DNA from: an uncultured Armatimonadetes bacterium
GTDB lineage: Bacteria > Armatimonadota > Hebobacteria > Hebobacterales > Hebobacteraceae
NCBI GenBank assembly: GCA_963716175.1
Contig: OY970296.1
Span: 576,001 to 640,000, forward strand
Length of the DNA: 64,000 bases
Reading direction: 5' to 3'
The notes under the pieces were generated by a model, which had not been told where the DNA came from, did not search any database, and worked only from the letters and a program-made list of their open reading frames with translations. The position numbers and the translations under genes were made by a program. Positions within the stretch are counted from its first letter, which is position 1, and every line of letters starts with the position of its first letter. This document shows, in pieces, positions 20,427 through 30,008 of this stretch.

Positions 20427-20879
20427 ATGTGTCAGAGCGAGAAATCAGTGCAGAGGATGATCATCCAAGCCAGCCGGCCGCGGAGAGGGTCGCATTCCCG
20501 GAGCCTCCGAGGATGGACCTTGATCGAACTGATCGCCGTGATGGCGCTGCTAGGCATCGCCGCGCTGATCGGGATCCTATCTCTGTACCGGGGAAAGGCG
20601 CTCTCCGAGGGGCTGGCCTGTCAGGACAATATGCGCGCCATCCACTCCACACTTCAGATCTACTGGGAGAAGAACAGTCGGACCTATCCCGCCGATCAGA
20701 GCGCATTCCAGCAGTTCCTGGCGTCGCCGGTCTACTTCAACAACGGCGAGCCACACTGCCCGGCGGATGCGGATCGCTCGCGGCACTACCAGTATCGCTA
20801 CACGCCCAACCCCAACCCGGTGCCGAGTGACATCGTGATCACCTGCCCGGTGGCGGGTTCCGGGCATGGGGCGATGTGA
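20427..20879 (+). CDS. Minor pilin/pseudopilin
   Basis: LRG|WTLIELIAVMALLGIAALI; three Cys in the mature part. Start uncertain. Confidence 0.85.
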   Translation: MCQSEKSVQRMIIQASRPRRGSHSRSLRGWTLIELIAVMALLGIAALIGILSLYRGKALSEGLACQDNMRAIHSTLQIYWEKNSRTYPADQSAFQQFLASPVYFNNGEPHCPADADRSRHYQYRYTPNPNPVPSDIVITCPVAGSGHGAM

Positions 20880-20909
20880 AGTCCGGCCGGCGAGAGGCGG
20901 CAAGCTGAG

Positions 20910-22190
20910 GTGAGCAAGCTAGAGCGGGAGCGAGGCCGCGATGGATTCTCCTTCGTGGCCGTGCTGATGGTGATGCTAGTGCTGGCCATCCTGATCGCGG
21001 GCGTGCTGGCGATGGCGGTCTCCGCCCGCAATCTCTCCACCTCGCGGCACGAGTACGCCGAGGCCCTCTACGTGTCCGAGGCCGGGATCAACAAGCTGAT
21101 GTCTGATTGGAGGAAGACAGGCGCGCCTCCGGCCCAGCCCTATCAGGGGACGATCAGCAATGCCTCCACCAACGGCTCCTACCATGTTACCTGGGACTAC
21201 TGGCAGCCTCTACCCGGGCTGACTCGATACGATGTGGTGGTCCTGACCTCCAGAGGTACGATCAACACCGGTCTGCCGAGCACTATTTACAACTTGACCC
21301 GCACGGTGCAGGCGAACCTGGACGTCAATGGCGACTGGGCCTGGAACCATGTCTACACTACCAATGACCCAGACCCGGCCTACCAGGTCCCGCCGTACGC
21401 TGACATCAACGGCGCCTCCGGACTCATCACTCCTTCGAGTTATCTGAACGAGCACGGGCCGGGCATGTCCAGCAAGCTCCCGACGCCCGAGTGGAACGAG
21501 TGGGAGGCGGCAGCTCTGTCCTATGACACGCTGCCGTACTCGAAGATTAGCAGCGGGACGGCCGACCCGAATCGGCACCTGTATTGGTCGGGGCAGACTA
21601 CCAGCTCCCACACTGGGGCCGGTCATACTCACTACAACTACTTCACGCCCGATCCGTACTTCCCCGGCCTGAGCTACCCCGCGGCCTATGGCTGCAACAA
21701 CTTCACCGTCGAGTTCAGAAAGCAGGCCGGGACCGACTACAATGGCGTCTATTTCGTGCACGGGAACGTCATCATCAAGAACGGGATCACGGTGAACGGC
21801 ACCATCGTCGCCACGGGTGACATCACCTTCCAGGGCCAGGGGCAGAGCGACATCAACGTGCTTATCAAGAACCAAGACGACTGCGCCGCGCGCACAGTTT
21901 ATCCCGCGCTGATCGCGGGCCGGGATATCCAGATCCGCGACCAGTCCACTTTCCACACCTATGGCATCATCTGGGCGGGCCAATCCTTCATCGCCAAGGC
22001 GGCCGACCAGGCGGGATGCGTGGTCGCTCCGCACATCACGCTCTCGGGCAACTTCAGCGTGACCTACGGCTTCGACACCACCAACCCTGGCTGCCCGCGG
22101 TACGAGCCCGGGGCGTCGCCGCCGCCCATGTTCAACGAGCCCGGCATGAACAACCTGCAGCCGGTGCCGCATTCCTGGCGGGAGCTATAG
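20910..22190 (+). CDS. PilX/GspK-like large minor pilin
   Basis: RDG|FSFVAVL lacks Glu5; ALYVSEAGI is the PilX N-terminal motif; C-terminal beta-helix-like NGVYFVHGNV/NGTIVATGDI. Confidence 0.8.
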   Translation: MSKLERERGRDGFSFVAVLMVMLVLAILIAGVLAMAVSARNLSTSRHEYAEALYVSEAGINKLMSDWRKTGAPPAQPYQGTISNASTNGSYHVTWDYWQPLPGLTRYDVVVLTSRGTINTGLPSTIYNLTRTVQANLDVNGDWAWNHVYTTNDPDPAYQVPPYADINGASGLITPSSYLNEHGPGMSSKLPTPEWNEWEAAALSYDTLPYSKISSGTADPNRHLYWSGQTTSSHTGAGHTHYNYFTPDPYFPGLSYPAAYGCNNFTVEFRKQAGTDYNGVYFVHGNVIIKNGITVNGTIVATGDITFQGQGQSDINVLIKNQDDCAARTVYPALIAGRDIQIRDQSTFHTYGIIWAGQSFIAKAADQAGCVVAPHITLSGNFSVTYGFDTTNPGCPRYEPGASPPPMFNEPGMNNLQPVPHSWREL

Positions 22191-22191
22191 G

Positions 22192-22716
22192 ATGAGCATC
22201 GTTGAATATGGCCAAGCTGTCATCCTGAACTCCGCGGAACATGGGGCGAAGCACCTCGCCGTTGCCTCTCCGATGCACACGAGAAGACGTGGTTCTTCGC
22301 GTCGCACTTCGCGCTCGCTCAGAATGACAACCTGTCCCCGCCCTACAGGAGGCCTCACCCTGGTGGAGGTGCTGATCGCCCTCACCATCCTGGCGGTGGT
22401 GTTGCTGCCGGTGATGATCGGCTTCTCTCAGGCGATCATCACCACCAACGAGACCTCCATTGAATCTGTGGCCAGCAGCATCGCGCGGGCAACGCTGGAG
22501 AATCTCAAGGTAGTGGGATACGACAATATCCTGAGCCAGGAGCGGGCGGCTGCCCCTGGCAATGCGCGCTTCGAGGTGGCAGTCGAGGTGAGCGAGCCTG
22601 AGCCCAATGGCCCTCAGTTAGAGGGACTGAAGGTCGCGGTGGTCTCAGTGTACCAGAAGGGATCCCCGAGCCCGATGGCGGTGCTGACGACCTACTTCAC
22701 ACCGGTAGGAGTGTGA
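22192..22716 (+). CDS. PilV/GspI-like minor pilin
   Basis: TGG|LTLVEVLIALTILAV. The long leader contains a palindromic element; an alternative ATG is at 22324. Confidence 0.85.
   Translation: MSIVEYGQAVILNSAEHGAKHLAVASPMHTRRRGSSRRTSRSLRMTTCPRPTGGLTLVEVLIALTILAVVLLPVMIGFSQAIITTNETSIESVASSIARATLENLKVVGYDNILSQERAAAPGNARFEVAVEVSEPEPNGPQLEGLKVAVVSVYQKGSPSPMAVLTTYFTPVGV
22218..22329. mobile_element. Miniature inverted-repeat element (TGTCATCCTGA...TCAGAATGACA)
   Basis: 11-bp terminal inverted repeats with one mismatch; 112 bp long; a related half copy is at 31402-31418. Confidence 0.7.
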
Positions 22717-22720
22717 GCCA

Positions 22721-23320
22721 GTGGACGCTGGCAGCCGAATGAGGCATATAGACAACTGGGGGTTCACCTTAGCCGAGATGTTGGTGGCCATGCTGGTGGG
22801 GCTGCTGGTAGTGAGCGGACTCTACCAGTTGTTTGTTGCCGGCCTCACCGCCCAGACCACCACCAGCTCGCAAGTGGAGCTTGACCGGAAGGCCGAGGTG
22901 GCCATGGATGACATCGCCTTTCGGCTGCGGCAGGGCGGGCGCTCCATACTCTACAACACGCCTGCGATCCTGGACGATTGGGATTCCCAGCACCCGGACC
23001 GGATCCACTTTGCCGCGCCCCCGGGGGCTGACCTGGAGCCGGTGCCGGACCCAAGCGGGCAGCCGCAGGAGGTGCGCTACTGGCAAAACGGGCATGCGTT
23101 GATGAGGAAGATAGGGGGGTCCGGCTACAGTGGAGGGGTGGCGGCGGCCAGCGACGTGCAGCAACTGAGCTTCACCTTCTACGCCTACAATGGCAGCACC
23201 GGGCAGCTGGTGGCAACCACGCTGGCCGCGCAGACGGTCGCGGTGAAGGCTCTCTTGACGCTGCAGGATGGCACGACCACGAGCCAGTTAGAGTCAACGA
23301 TTAAGCTGCGCAATATGTGA
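22721..23320 (+). CDS. PilW/GspJ-like minor pilin
   Basis: NWG|FTLAEMLVAMLVGLLVV; C-terminal IKLRN. Start could be 22739. Confidence 0.85.
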   Translation: MDAGSRMRHIDNWGFTLAEMLVAMLVGLLVVSGLYQLFVAGLTAQTTTSSQVELDRKAEVAMDDIAFRLRQGGRSILYNTPAILDDWDSQHPDRIHFAAPPGADLEPVPDPSGQPQEVRYWQNGHALMRKIGGSGYSGGVAAASDVQQLSFTFYAYNGSTGQLVATTLAAQTVAVKALLTLQDGTTTSQLESTIKLRNM

Positions 23321-23409
23321 ACCAATCAGTGGGGGGCCCGATCTGCCGCCCCGCGACCGAGACGGAGCGGGAGCCCTTTGCCCTCTAAGCGAGTTGTGGA
23401 AGGGAAACT

Positions 23410-25032
23410 ATGCCTGGACAAACGGAATCATTGCTGGCCCTCGTGCTCTCCCCAAAGCACGTCAGCGCGGGGGAGGTGCGATTCGTTGATGGCGAGCTCC
23501 AGGTCTCGATCCTGGGCGACATCCCGGTGCCGGAGGGGGCCTTCGACGCCAACCAGATCGCCAATGGCGAGGTGCTGGGACGCGCCCTCGCGGAGTTCAT
23601 GATCCAGAAGCGGCTGACGGCGCGCAAGGCGGTGATGGTGCTTCCCGAGGGATCGAGCATCACCCAGCTCATCAAACTGCCGATAATGCCCCGGGAGGAC
23701 ATGCTAGGCGCGGTGCGGTCGGTGGCGGAGAGGTACGCCATGTTCGCCGAGCACACGATCTCCTCCGACTGCGCCGTGGTAGAGGAGCTGGAGGAAGACG
23801 GAGTGCAGAAGCACAGCGTGCTGCTGGCTGCCTCCCGCGCCGCCAATGTCGAGCAGTGCCAGGAGGCGGCGCGGGTGGCCGGACTCGACCTGGTCTCCGT
23901 CGAGTCTCCAGCAGTGGCCACCGCCAGAAGCTACAGGGATCGCTTCCTCCCCTCACAGGTGGTGGCGCTGGCGGTGGTGGGGGATGTCAAGACCGATGTC
24001 ATGATCTTCGATGGCGGGGTGCTGCGCCTTTGCTACAGCGCCAATGCGGGTCTGCCCGAGCAAGTCGCAGGCGGCGACTGGATGACTCCCCCGCCCGAGC
24101 AGTTCGACCCCTTCACGCCTCCTCCTCAGCTCTACTCGGAGCTGAGCCATTGCTTCCGGTTCTTCCAGAACCAGTTCCCGGCGCGGGCCGTGGAGCGGGT
24201 GATCTTGACCGCGGACCATCCCAAGGCTGATGTCATTGCCTCTCACCTGGCCGCGCAACTGCAGCTGCCAGTAGAACTGGGCCGGCCCAGCCACGAGTTT
24301 CGCCTGCCCCGGGATGTGGATGAGAGCATTGCCAGCGTGGCCCGCAGCCTGACGCTGGCGCTGTTCCGAGGGAGCGCGCTCGCCGGCCTGCACGAGGGGG
24401 AGTACCCGTTCCCAGTGAACCTGTTGCCTCCGTTCCGCGCTGCCTGGGCCCCCATGCGCCAGGTGACCAAGATCGCGGCCGGGGCGATGGCCCTGGTCCT
24501 GGCAGCCTCCGTGCTGTGGGCGGTTGCGATCGCCCGCAAGATCAACAGACAGGAGAGACAGCTCGCCAGTGTGCAGGCCGAGGTCGAACGCCTCCGGCCG
24601 GAGCTGGAGGCGCTTCGTGCTGCCAAGGCCACCGAGCAAGCGCTGCGGAGCGGGGTCGAGCGGGAAACGGCCCGCATCGCCAAGGAGCAGGCGGTCCGCT
24701 GGTCCCAGATTCTGGTAGACGTCTCTCAGCGCCTGCCCCACGACATGTGGCTGACCCAGCTCACCTCACCCGACGACCAGAAGATCAGCCTTACCGGCAT
24801 CGCCACCAATCGGGAGACCATCCCCCTGGCGATCGAATCTCTTGGCACCTCTCCCTATCTGAAGAACGTGGTGCTGGGTTCCCTCACCAAGGATGAACTC
24901 TATGCCCCGGGCCGAGTGGTGATACGCTACCAGATCAATGCTCAGCTGCTGAGGGGGATGTTGCCGCTTCCGCCCAGCAGCCCGTCCACTGCTGCCGCCT
25001 CCCCGGCCCGCCCCAAGGAGACCACCCTATGA
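23410..25032 (+). CDS. PilM-PilN fusion protein
   Basis: Actin-like PilM region (ITQLIKLP, VLLAAS, AGLDLVSVE, VGDVKTDV), then the PilN-type VNLLP motif, a TM, a coiled coil and LPHDMWLTQL. Confidence 0.85.
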   Translation: MPGQTESLLALVLSPKHVSAGEVRFVDGELQVSILGDIPVPEGAFDANQIANGEVLGRALAEFMIQKRLTARKAVMVLPEGSSITQLIKLPIMPREDMLGAVRSVAERYAMFAEHTISSDCAVVEELEEDGVQKHSVLLAASRAANVEQCQEAARVAGLDLVSVESPAVATARSYRDRFLPSQVVALAVVGDVKTDVMIFDGGVLRLCYSANAGLPEQVAGGDWMTPPPEQFDPFTPPPQLYSELSHCFRFFQNQFPARAVERVILTADHPKADVIASHLAAQLQLPVELGRPSHEFRLPRDVDESIASVARSLTLALFRGSALAGLHEGEYPFPVNLLPPFRAAWAPMRQVTKIAAGAMALVLAASVLWAVAIARKINRQERQLASVQAEVERLRPELEALRAAKATEQALRSGVERETARIAKEQAVRWSQILVDVSQRLPHDMWLTQLTSPDDQKISLTGIATNRETIPLAIESLGTSPYLKNVVLGSLTKDELYAPGRVVIRYQINAQLLRGMLPLPPSSPSTAAASPARPKETTL

Positions 25033-25703
25033 CCCCCCAGGATCGGATCAAGCGCTACAGCCGGATTGCCGGCCTGGGCGCAGTTGTGGTTTGGACACTG
25101 CTGTGTTTCTTCATCGTCCTCTCGCCCAGGTTGGGGAGGTCGGAGGACCTGAGGCAGCGCGTCGCCACCTCCGGCCGCGAGCTGACCGCGATGCGCAAGG
25201 AGATCGAGGATGCCCGCATCATCGGCGGCCCGGCGCCGGGCGGCGCCCGGTTCGACAGGTTCGGCATCCTTTCGACTGATGAGGAGCAGCTCTTCCTGAG
25301 CGACCTCATTGCCTTCTGCAAGGAGACCACGAACACCCTGAACCTGGTGCGGCGCTCCGAGTTCTCTCATGCTGCCAGCCCGGCCCCGGAGCAGGGGAAG
25401 CAAGGACAACCGGCCACAGGCCAGCCTCAGACCGGCGCCGGCCCCAATCAACCTCCGCAGCCCGTCATCCTGAGGGTGCCTCACACGGTGAGCTTCAATG
25501 GCAGCTTCGTCTCCGCTTTCTACCTGCTGCGGAAGCTGGAGTCGTATCGCCGGTTGCTGACGGTAGAGAGAATGGACCTCACCACCGAACAACAAGTCGG
25601 ATATCCCCAGATCAACGGCAATATCACTATTGAGCTGTATCTGGTGAAGCAGCCCGTGACCAGTACCACCGCCCAGGCCAGTGCGGCCGTGCCCGCTAGT
25701 TAG
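25029..25703 (+). CDS. PilO-like protein
   Basis: N-terminal TM and coiled coil; GSFVSAFYLLRKLESYRRLLTVE; translationally coupled to PilMN. Confidence 0.8.
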   Translation: MTPQDRIKRYSRIAGLGAVVVWTLLCFFIVLSPRLGRSEDLRQRVATSGRELTAMRKEIEDARIIGGPAPGGARFDRFGILSTDEEQLFLSDLIAFCKETTNTLNLVRRSEFSHAASPAPEQGKQGQPATGQPQTGAGPNQPPQPVILRVPHTVSFNGSFVSAFYLLRKLESYRRLLTVERMDLTTEQQVGYPQINGNITIELYLVKQPVTSTTAQASAAVPAS

Positions 25704-25721
25704 CCGCTGGGTGATAGGAGT

Positions 25722-26315
25722 TTGCGCATGAGATACCAAAGGCAAGATCTGCCCAAGATCATGGTGCTCAGCCTCGTGCTGATCGCGCTCGTGACCTACA
25801 TCGGGGTCAGCTATTCGAAGCTCTCCAGCAGGTATGCGGAGGAAGCGACGGCCCATGAAAGAGAGCATGCTGGGGCGGCATTGGGCAGTCAGGCATCTCC
25901 GAACGCCCAAGGCGCGCCTGCTCCCATTTCCGCCGCCGTCAGTGCTCTCATTGCTCCGGTCCCACCTCCCGAGCGAGACCCGTTCGCGCCAGTGATTGCT
26001 CCCCGCAGGCCGTACGCCGCGTCCGCCGCGCCCTCGGCGAAGGCCAGCAGACGCACCCCACCGGAACCAGTGCTGCCGCCCCTGTCCGAGGGAGAGGCCG
26101 GGGGGCAGCGGGCCAGCGCCAGGGAGTCAATCCTGGCTCTCACCGGAATCATCGTGGGGCCTCCCTACCTGGCCGTGCTTCGCCGCGGCGAAGATCATTT
26201 CATCGTCAAGCAAGGGGACCAGCTCCCCGGCCGGTTCCGCGTCCAGGCAATCACGCGCAACAGCGTCACCCTGAGAGACGGCAAGCAGGAATACGTGCTC
26301 AGGCTCGGGGGCTGA
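25722..26315 (+). CDS. PilP/GspC-like protein
   Basis: TM anchor, RDPF motif, LALTGII...VKQGD...VQAITRNSVTL beta domain. Confidence 0.7.
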   Translation: MRMRYQRQDLPKIMVLSLVLIALVTYIGVSYSKLSSRYAEEATAHEREHAGAALGSQASPNAQGAPAPISAAVSALIAPVPPPERDPFAPVIAPRRPYAASAAPSAKASRRTPPEPVLPPLSEGEAGGQRASARESILALTGIIVGPPYLAVLRRGEDHFIVKQGDQLPGRFRVQAITRNSVTLRDGKQEYVLRLGG

Positions 26316-26342
26316 AGCAAGCCCCCGGGTTTGCACTTCGGA

Positions 26343-26372
26343 GGCACGGCGGGCCCTCGGGCCCGCCGTGCC
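26343..26372. terminator. Perfect 14-bp hairpin after the pilus operon
   Basis: GGCACGGCGGGCCC-TC-GGGCCCGCCGTGCC; no clear U tract. Confidence 0.5.
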
Positions 26373-26445
26373 CGTCTGTGTCCCGGCCAGCGACGGGAGG
26401 GACCCCCTTCTTCCGGCCCGAATCTGGAGCCTGGGAGGAACCGAC

Positions 26446-27498
26446 ATGGCCACTATGCTCGCCGCCGTGCTTCACGACTTCGATCAGCTCACCCTGGAGC
26501 AAGTGGCGATCCCGCGCCCGGAGCAGTACGGAGATGTACTAGTCAAGGTTCGCGCTTGTGGGATCTGCGCCACGGACTACAAGGCGATCAAGGGCATCCG
26601 CCGCAATGTCACCTTCCCTGCCATCCTGGGCCACGAGCCCAGCGGCGTGGTGGCCCAGACCGGGACCGGGGTCTCTCAGTTCCAGGTCGGGGACGAGGTG
26701 ATCGTGCAGCCCCTGGGCCACTGTGGCCTCTGCCAGCACTGTCGGGCGGGCAACACCCACTACTGCCAGCATGCCTTCGTCACCGGGGGCGACGGCCCGC
26801 AAGATGTGCGGCCGGGCGCGTTCGCCGAGTACATGCTGACCAAGGAGACGAGTCTCTTCCCCAAGCCCGCGCACCTCAGCTTCGAGGCCGCCGCCATCAC
26901 CGAGCCGCTGGCCGGCGCCTGGAAGGGCGTCGTGCAGTACAGCGGGATGCAGATCGGTGAGGATGTGGTGATCATCGGCGTCGGGAGCATTGGTCTGCTC
27001 TGCTTGATGGTAGCGAAGGCGGCCGGCGCGGCGCGGCTGATCGCGGTAGATCGCAGTGACTACGCGCTGCGCCAGGCCCTGCGACTAGGCGCCACCCATG
27101 CCGTCAATCCCGCTCGGGAGGACGCCCGGAAGCGCGTCTACGAGATCCTCCCGGATGGCCCTGACTTGATCGTGGAGGCCGCGGGCCCGGTCGAGGCCGT
27201 CCGTCTGATGGTGGACCTGCGCCGCCGCGGCACCAGATGGAACGTCTTCGGGATCACCACCCACGAGCAGTTCTGCCTGGACGGCGGGCTCACCCATTTC
27301 CTCGAGGGCCGCATGGATGCCAGCTTCGGCACCACCCCGCTCGCCATGTCCAAGGCCATCCGCCTGATGGAAACTGGGCTGGTGGAGGCGGAGCAGGTCA
27401 TCTCCCACCGCTTCCCGCTCTCGCGCATCCACGAGGCCCTGGAGGTGATGGGCTCACCCGACCGCAACAAGATCATCCTGCAACCCGAGCAAGGCTAG
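26446..27498 (+). CDS. Zn-dependent medium-chain (polyol/threonine-type) dehydrogenase
   Basis: CGICATD, GHE, CGLCQHC...C structural Zn site and IGVGSIG; GGGAGG RBS before ATG 26446. Confidence 0.92.
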   Translation: MATMLAAVLHDFDQLTLEQVAIPRPEQYGDVLVKVRACGICATDYKAIKGIRRNVTFPAILGHEPSGVVAQTGTGVSQFQVGDEVIVQPLGHCGLCQHCRAGNTHYCQHAFVTGGDGPQDVRPGAFAEYMLTKETSLFPKPAHLSFEAAAITEPLAGAWKGVVQYSGMQIGEDVVIIGVGSIGLLCLMVAKAAGAARLIAVDRSDYALRQALRLGATHAVNPAREDARKRVYEILPDGPDLIVEAAGPVEAVRLMVDLRRRGTRWNVFGITTHEQFCLDGGLTHFLEGRMDASFGTTPLAMSKAIRLMETGLVEAEQVISHRFPLSRIHEALEVMGSPDRNKIILQPEQG

Positions 27499-27519
27499 TC
27501 CCGGTAGAGGCGGCTCGCC

Positions 27520-27535
27520 TGAGCCTTCGGGCTCA
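27520..27535. terminator. UUCG hairpin between convergent genes
   Basis: TGAGCC-TTCG-GGCTCA. Confidence 0.45.
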
Positions 27536-27552
27536 CCGGGCTGGTTCTTCAG

Positions 27553-28905
27553 CTACAGCTCGAACTGCGGCAGCCATTCCTTGTTCGCGGACAGCATCTC
27601 CTCCAGCATGGGTCGCGCGGTCTCGATCCCTCCCACCAATGGGTCGGTAGCCAGGACAGCCAGCGCCTTGTCGAAACTGCCCTCCACCGCCGCCTCCACC
27701 GTCAGCTCCTCCCGTACCACGTGAGGCAGGACGATGGGCACGAGCTGCCGCGGCAGCGGGCTGGCCAGCGGCCGACAGCCGGTTCCGTCGAGCACTCCTC
27801 GCGTCTCCACCACCGCGCCCGGAGACAGCTCCGGGATCTGGCCGATGTTGGAGGCGTTCACGTTGTCCTCGATGGCCGGGCCCCCCGCCAGGGCGCAGAT
27901 CCAGGCCGCCACGTCGTCACTCTGGCGCGCACCGACCACGTCCGTCGCCTCCGGGAGCTCGAGCTTCTCCTCCCCGCTCAGCCAGCGTTCGATGCGGGCG
28001 CGCGCCCGCGCGTAGTGCCGCTCTCGGTCAGCGATGGTGGTGCGCACTAACCCGTATCTTTTCACATTGTCGAGGCCTTGCAGGAATGTGGGCAGGAATT
28101 CGGTGGTATGGCGATCGCCGACCCCGGGCAGGGCGCCCAGCATCCTCCCTAACATCACCCCGCAGCGGAACTCGTAGAGTGGCCCAAAGACCTTGTCTTC
28201 TTTCGCCTGCGCCGGCGGCAGGCCCAGCCACTTGTCCACGCCCCGCTCAGTCAGCAGCTCCTGTGCGCATCGGCCTTTGACCACGAACTCCGAGAACCAC
28301 GAGCAGTGGTCTATCCCGGTGTTGACATAAGCACAGTCCGTCAGCTCGGCCCCCAGGAACCGGGCGTAGTCGCGCGCCGTGTTCAGCACACCGTGGCAGA
28401 TGCCTAGCGCCCTGATGCTGGTCTCCTTGGTCACCGCCCGGGTGAGCGCGCTGAGGGGGTTCGAGATGTTGAGCATCCACGCCCCCGGGCAGCGCTTCTC
28501 CATTTCCCGCGCCATGCCCAGGAACACCGGCACATTGCGGAGCGCACGGGAAAGGCCGCCAGGGCCGACGGTATCGCCCACGGTCTGGAAGATCCCGTAC
28601 TTCTCCGGCACCTCCAGGTCCACTCGCATAGTCTGCAAGCGGCCGGTGGAAATCGTTACCACCACATAATCGGCCCCGTCCAGGGCCGCGCCCCGATCCG
28701 TGGTCTGCTGGAAAGTGATGGCAGTGCCGGTCAGCTCCTTACATTTGAGCGCGAGCTGATAGGTGAGGGCCAGCGGCTCGGGATTAAGGTCGTGGAGCAC
28801 CACATGGCTACCATTCAGGCGCTTGCTGCCCAGGAGATTCCTGAGCATGCCTGGGGTCCAGCTGTAGCTGCCGCCGCCCACCAAAGTGATCTTCAGGTTC
28901 GCCAC
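27553..28905 (-). CDS. Family 4 glycoside hydrolase (NAD+-dependent, alpha-galactosidase-like)
   Basis: KITLVGGGS, GDTVGPGG, NISNP, GICHG and GIDH. Confidence 0.9.
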   Translation of the reverse strand: MANLKITLVGGGSYSWTPGMLRNLLGSKRLNGSHVVLHDLNPEPLALTYQLALKCKELTGTAITFQQTTDRGAALDGADYVVVTISTGRLQTMRVDLEVPEKYGIFQTVGDTVGPGGLSRALRNVPVFLGMAREMEKRCPGAWMLNISNPLSALTRAVTKETSIRALGICHGVLNTARDYARFLGAELTDCAYVNTGIDHCSWFSEFVVKGRCAQELLTERGVDKWLGLPPAQAKEDKVFGPLYEFRCGVMLGRMLGALPGVGDRHTTEFLPTFLQGLDNVKRYGLVRTTIADRERHYARARARIERWLSGEEKLELPEATDVVGARQSDDVAAWICALAGGPAIEDNVNASNIGQIPELSPGAVVETRGVLDGTGCRPLASPLPRQLVPIVLPHVVREELTVEAAVEGSFDKALAVLATDPLVGGIETARPMLEEMLSANKEWLPQFEL

Positions 28906-28939
28906 ATTGCACCTCCAAGGATAAGTGATCTGGGGACTC

Positions 28940-29995
28940 TCAAGCGCGGCCCTGGCACGCCTCCTCGGCTAGCGCCTCGGCGATGGCGGGCATGCTGGCG
29001 GGCCAGGCCGAGTCCGGGATGTTCTCAGTCACCCCCACGATCAGGCCGCGGCCGCCGGCTTCCCGCACGATCCGGCGCGTCTCCTGCTGGATTCGCCCGC
29101 GAGGGGCCAGGTGGAGAGAGGAGGGGAAGTTGATCCAGAGCGTCTTGTCCGGCCAGGCCGAGCGGGCGTCGGCCACCGACATATCGGTGTCAGGCGCGGG
29201 AGTGAAGGCCTCGATCACGTCGAGCGCCGACGCGGCCACCACATCGCTCCACTCCGCGTTGTTCGCGTCCATATGGGAGCCGAGCAGCTTCCCCTTGGCG
29301 TGCAGCAGTTCCCCAAGCTCGTTATAGCAGGGCACACAGTACTTCTGGAACCGCTCTCGTCCGATGATCTCCGGACTGGTATTGCCGCAGTAGATCACGA
29401 GCTCGGCCGGCGAATCCGCGGCGATCGGGTAGGCCTCGCGCTCCTTCTCCCTCAGGGTTCGATAGAGTGAGAAGAACAAGTCCGGGCGCTCGTGTAGATC
29501 CAGGGAAAACCGTTCCAGGCCGAGCAGGTGGACCCGCATCTCCATCAGCGGCGAATAGCTCATATTCCCGCTGACGTAGCCATCTTCGCCGACATTCCTG
29601 ACCGCTTCCAGGAACTGGCCATAGGCCGGTCGGTAGCTAGTATCCTGGATGATGAACTCCATGGTGCGGTAGTCGTCAGGTGTCTTGACGTAGTGATCCA
29701 TGATCCAACTGCTGCCATAGGCCGCCTCCAGGCGGCTGGTCGAGTACACCTCACCCACCGGCGTGCGCAGCGTAGTCCGTCCGTAGGCCACCCCGCGTTC
29801 TTCGTATCGGTGGTACTCCGACTGGACATTCGGCCTCAGCATATCCACCACCGGCACGCGCACCGAGAGTCCGAGCCCCAGGCCGCGAAGCTTCTGCTCC
29901 TCCTCTTCGGGCAGCATTCCAGGGTAGATGGTGAACGGAACCTGGTCCACCGGCTCCTGGCGCAGCGCGGCTGCTATCCTCTCTCTGACGGTCAT
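28940..29995 (-). CDS. URO-D/MtaA-fold (TIM barrel) protein
   Basis: MTVRERIAAALRQEPVDQVP start, YSPL, FQKYCVPCY, and SHMD in place of the HxC motif. Confidence 0.8.
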   Translation of the reverse strand: MTVRERIAAALRQEPVDQVPFTIYPGMLPEEEEQKLRGLGLGLSVRVPVVDMLRPNVQSEYHRYEERGVAYGRTTLRTPVGEVYSTSRLEAAYGSSWIMDHYVKTPDDYRTMEFIIQDTSYRPAYGQFLEAVRNVGEDGYVSGNMSYSPLMEMRVHLLGLERFSLDLHERPDLFFSLYRTLREKEREAYPIAADSPAELVIYCGNTSPEIIGRERFQKYCVPCYNELGELLHAKGKLLGSHMDANNAEWSDVVAASALDVIEAFTPAPDTDMSVADARSAWPDKTLWINFPSSLHLAPRGRIQQETRRIVREAGGRGLIVGVTENIPDSAWPASMPAIAEALAEEACQGRA

Positions 29996-30008
29996 GTGGT
30001 CGCCGAGC

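Noticed and set aside
22185-22388. Short minus-strand ORF containing VILSE...FRMT
   Set aside because: It is the antisense reading of the palindromic element, not a gene.
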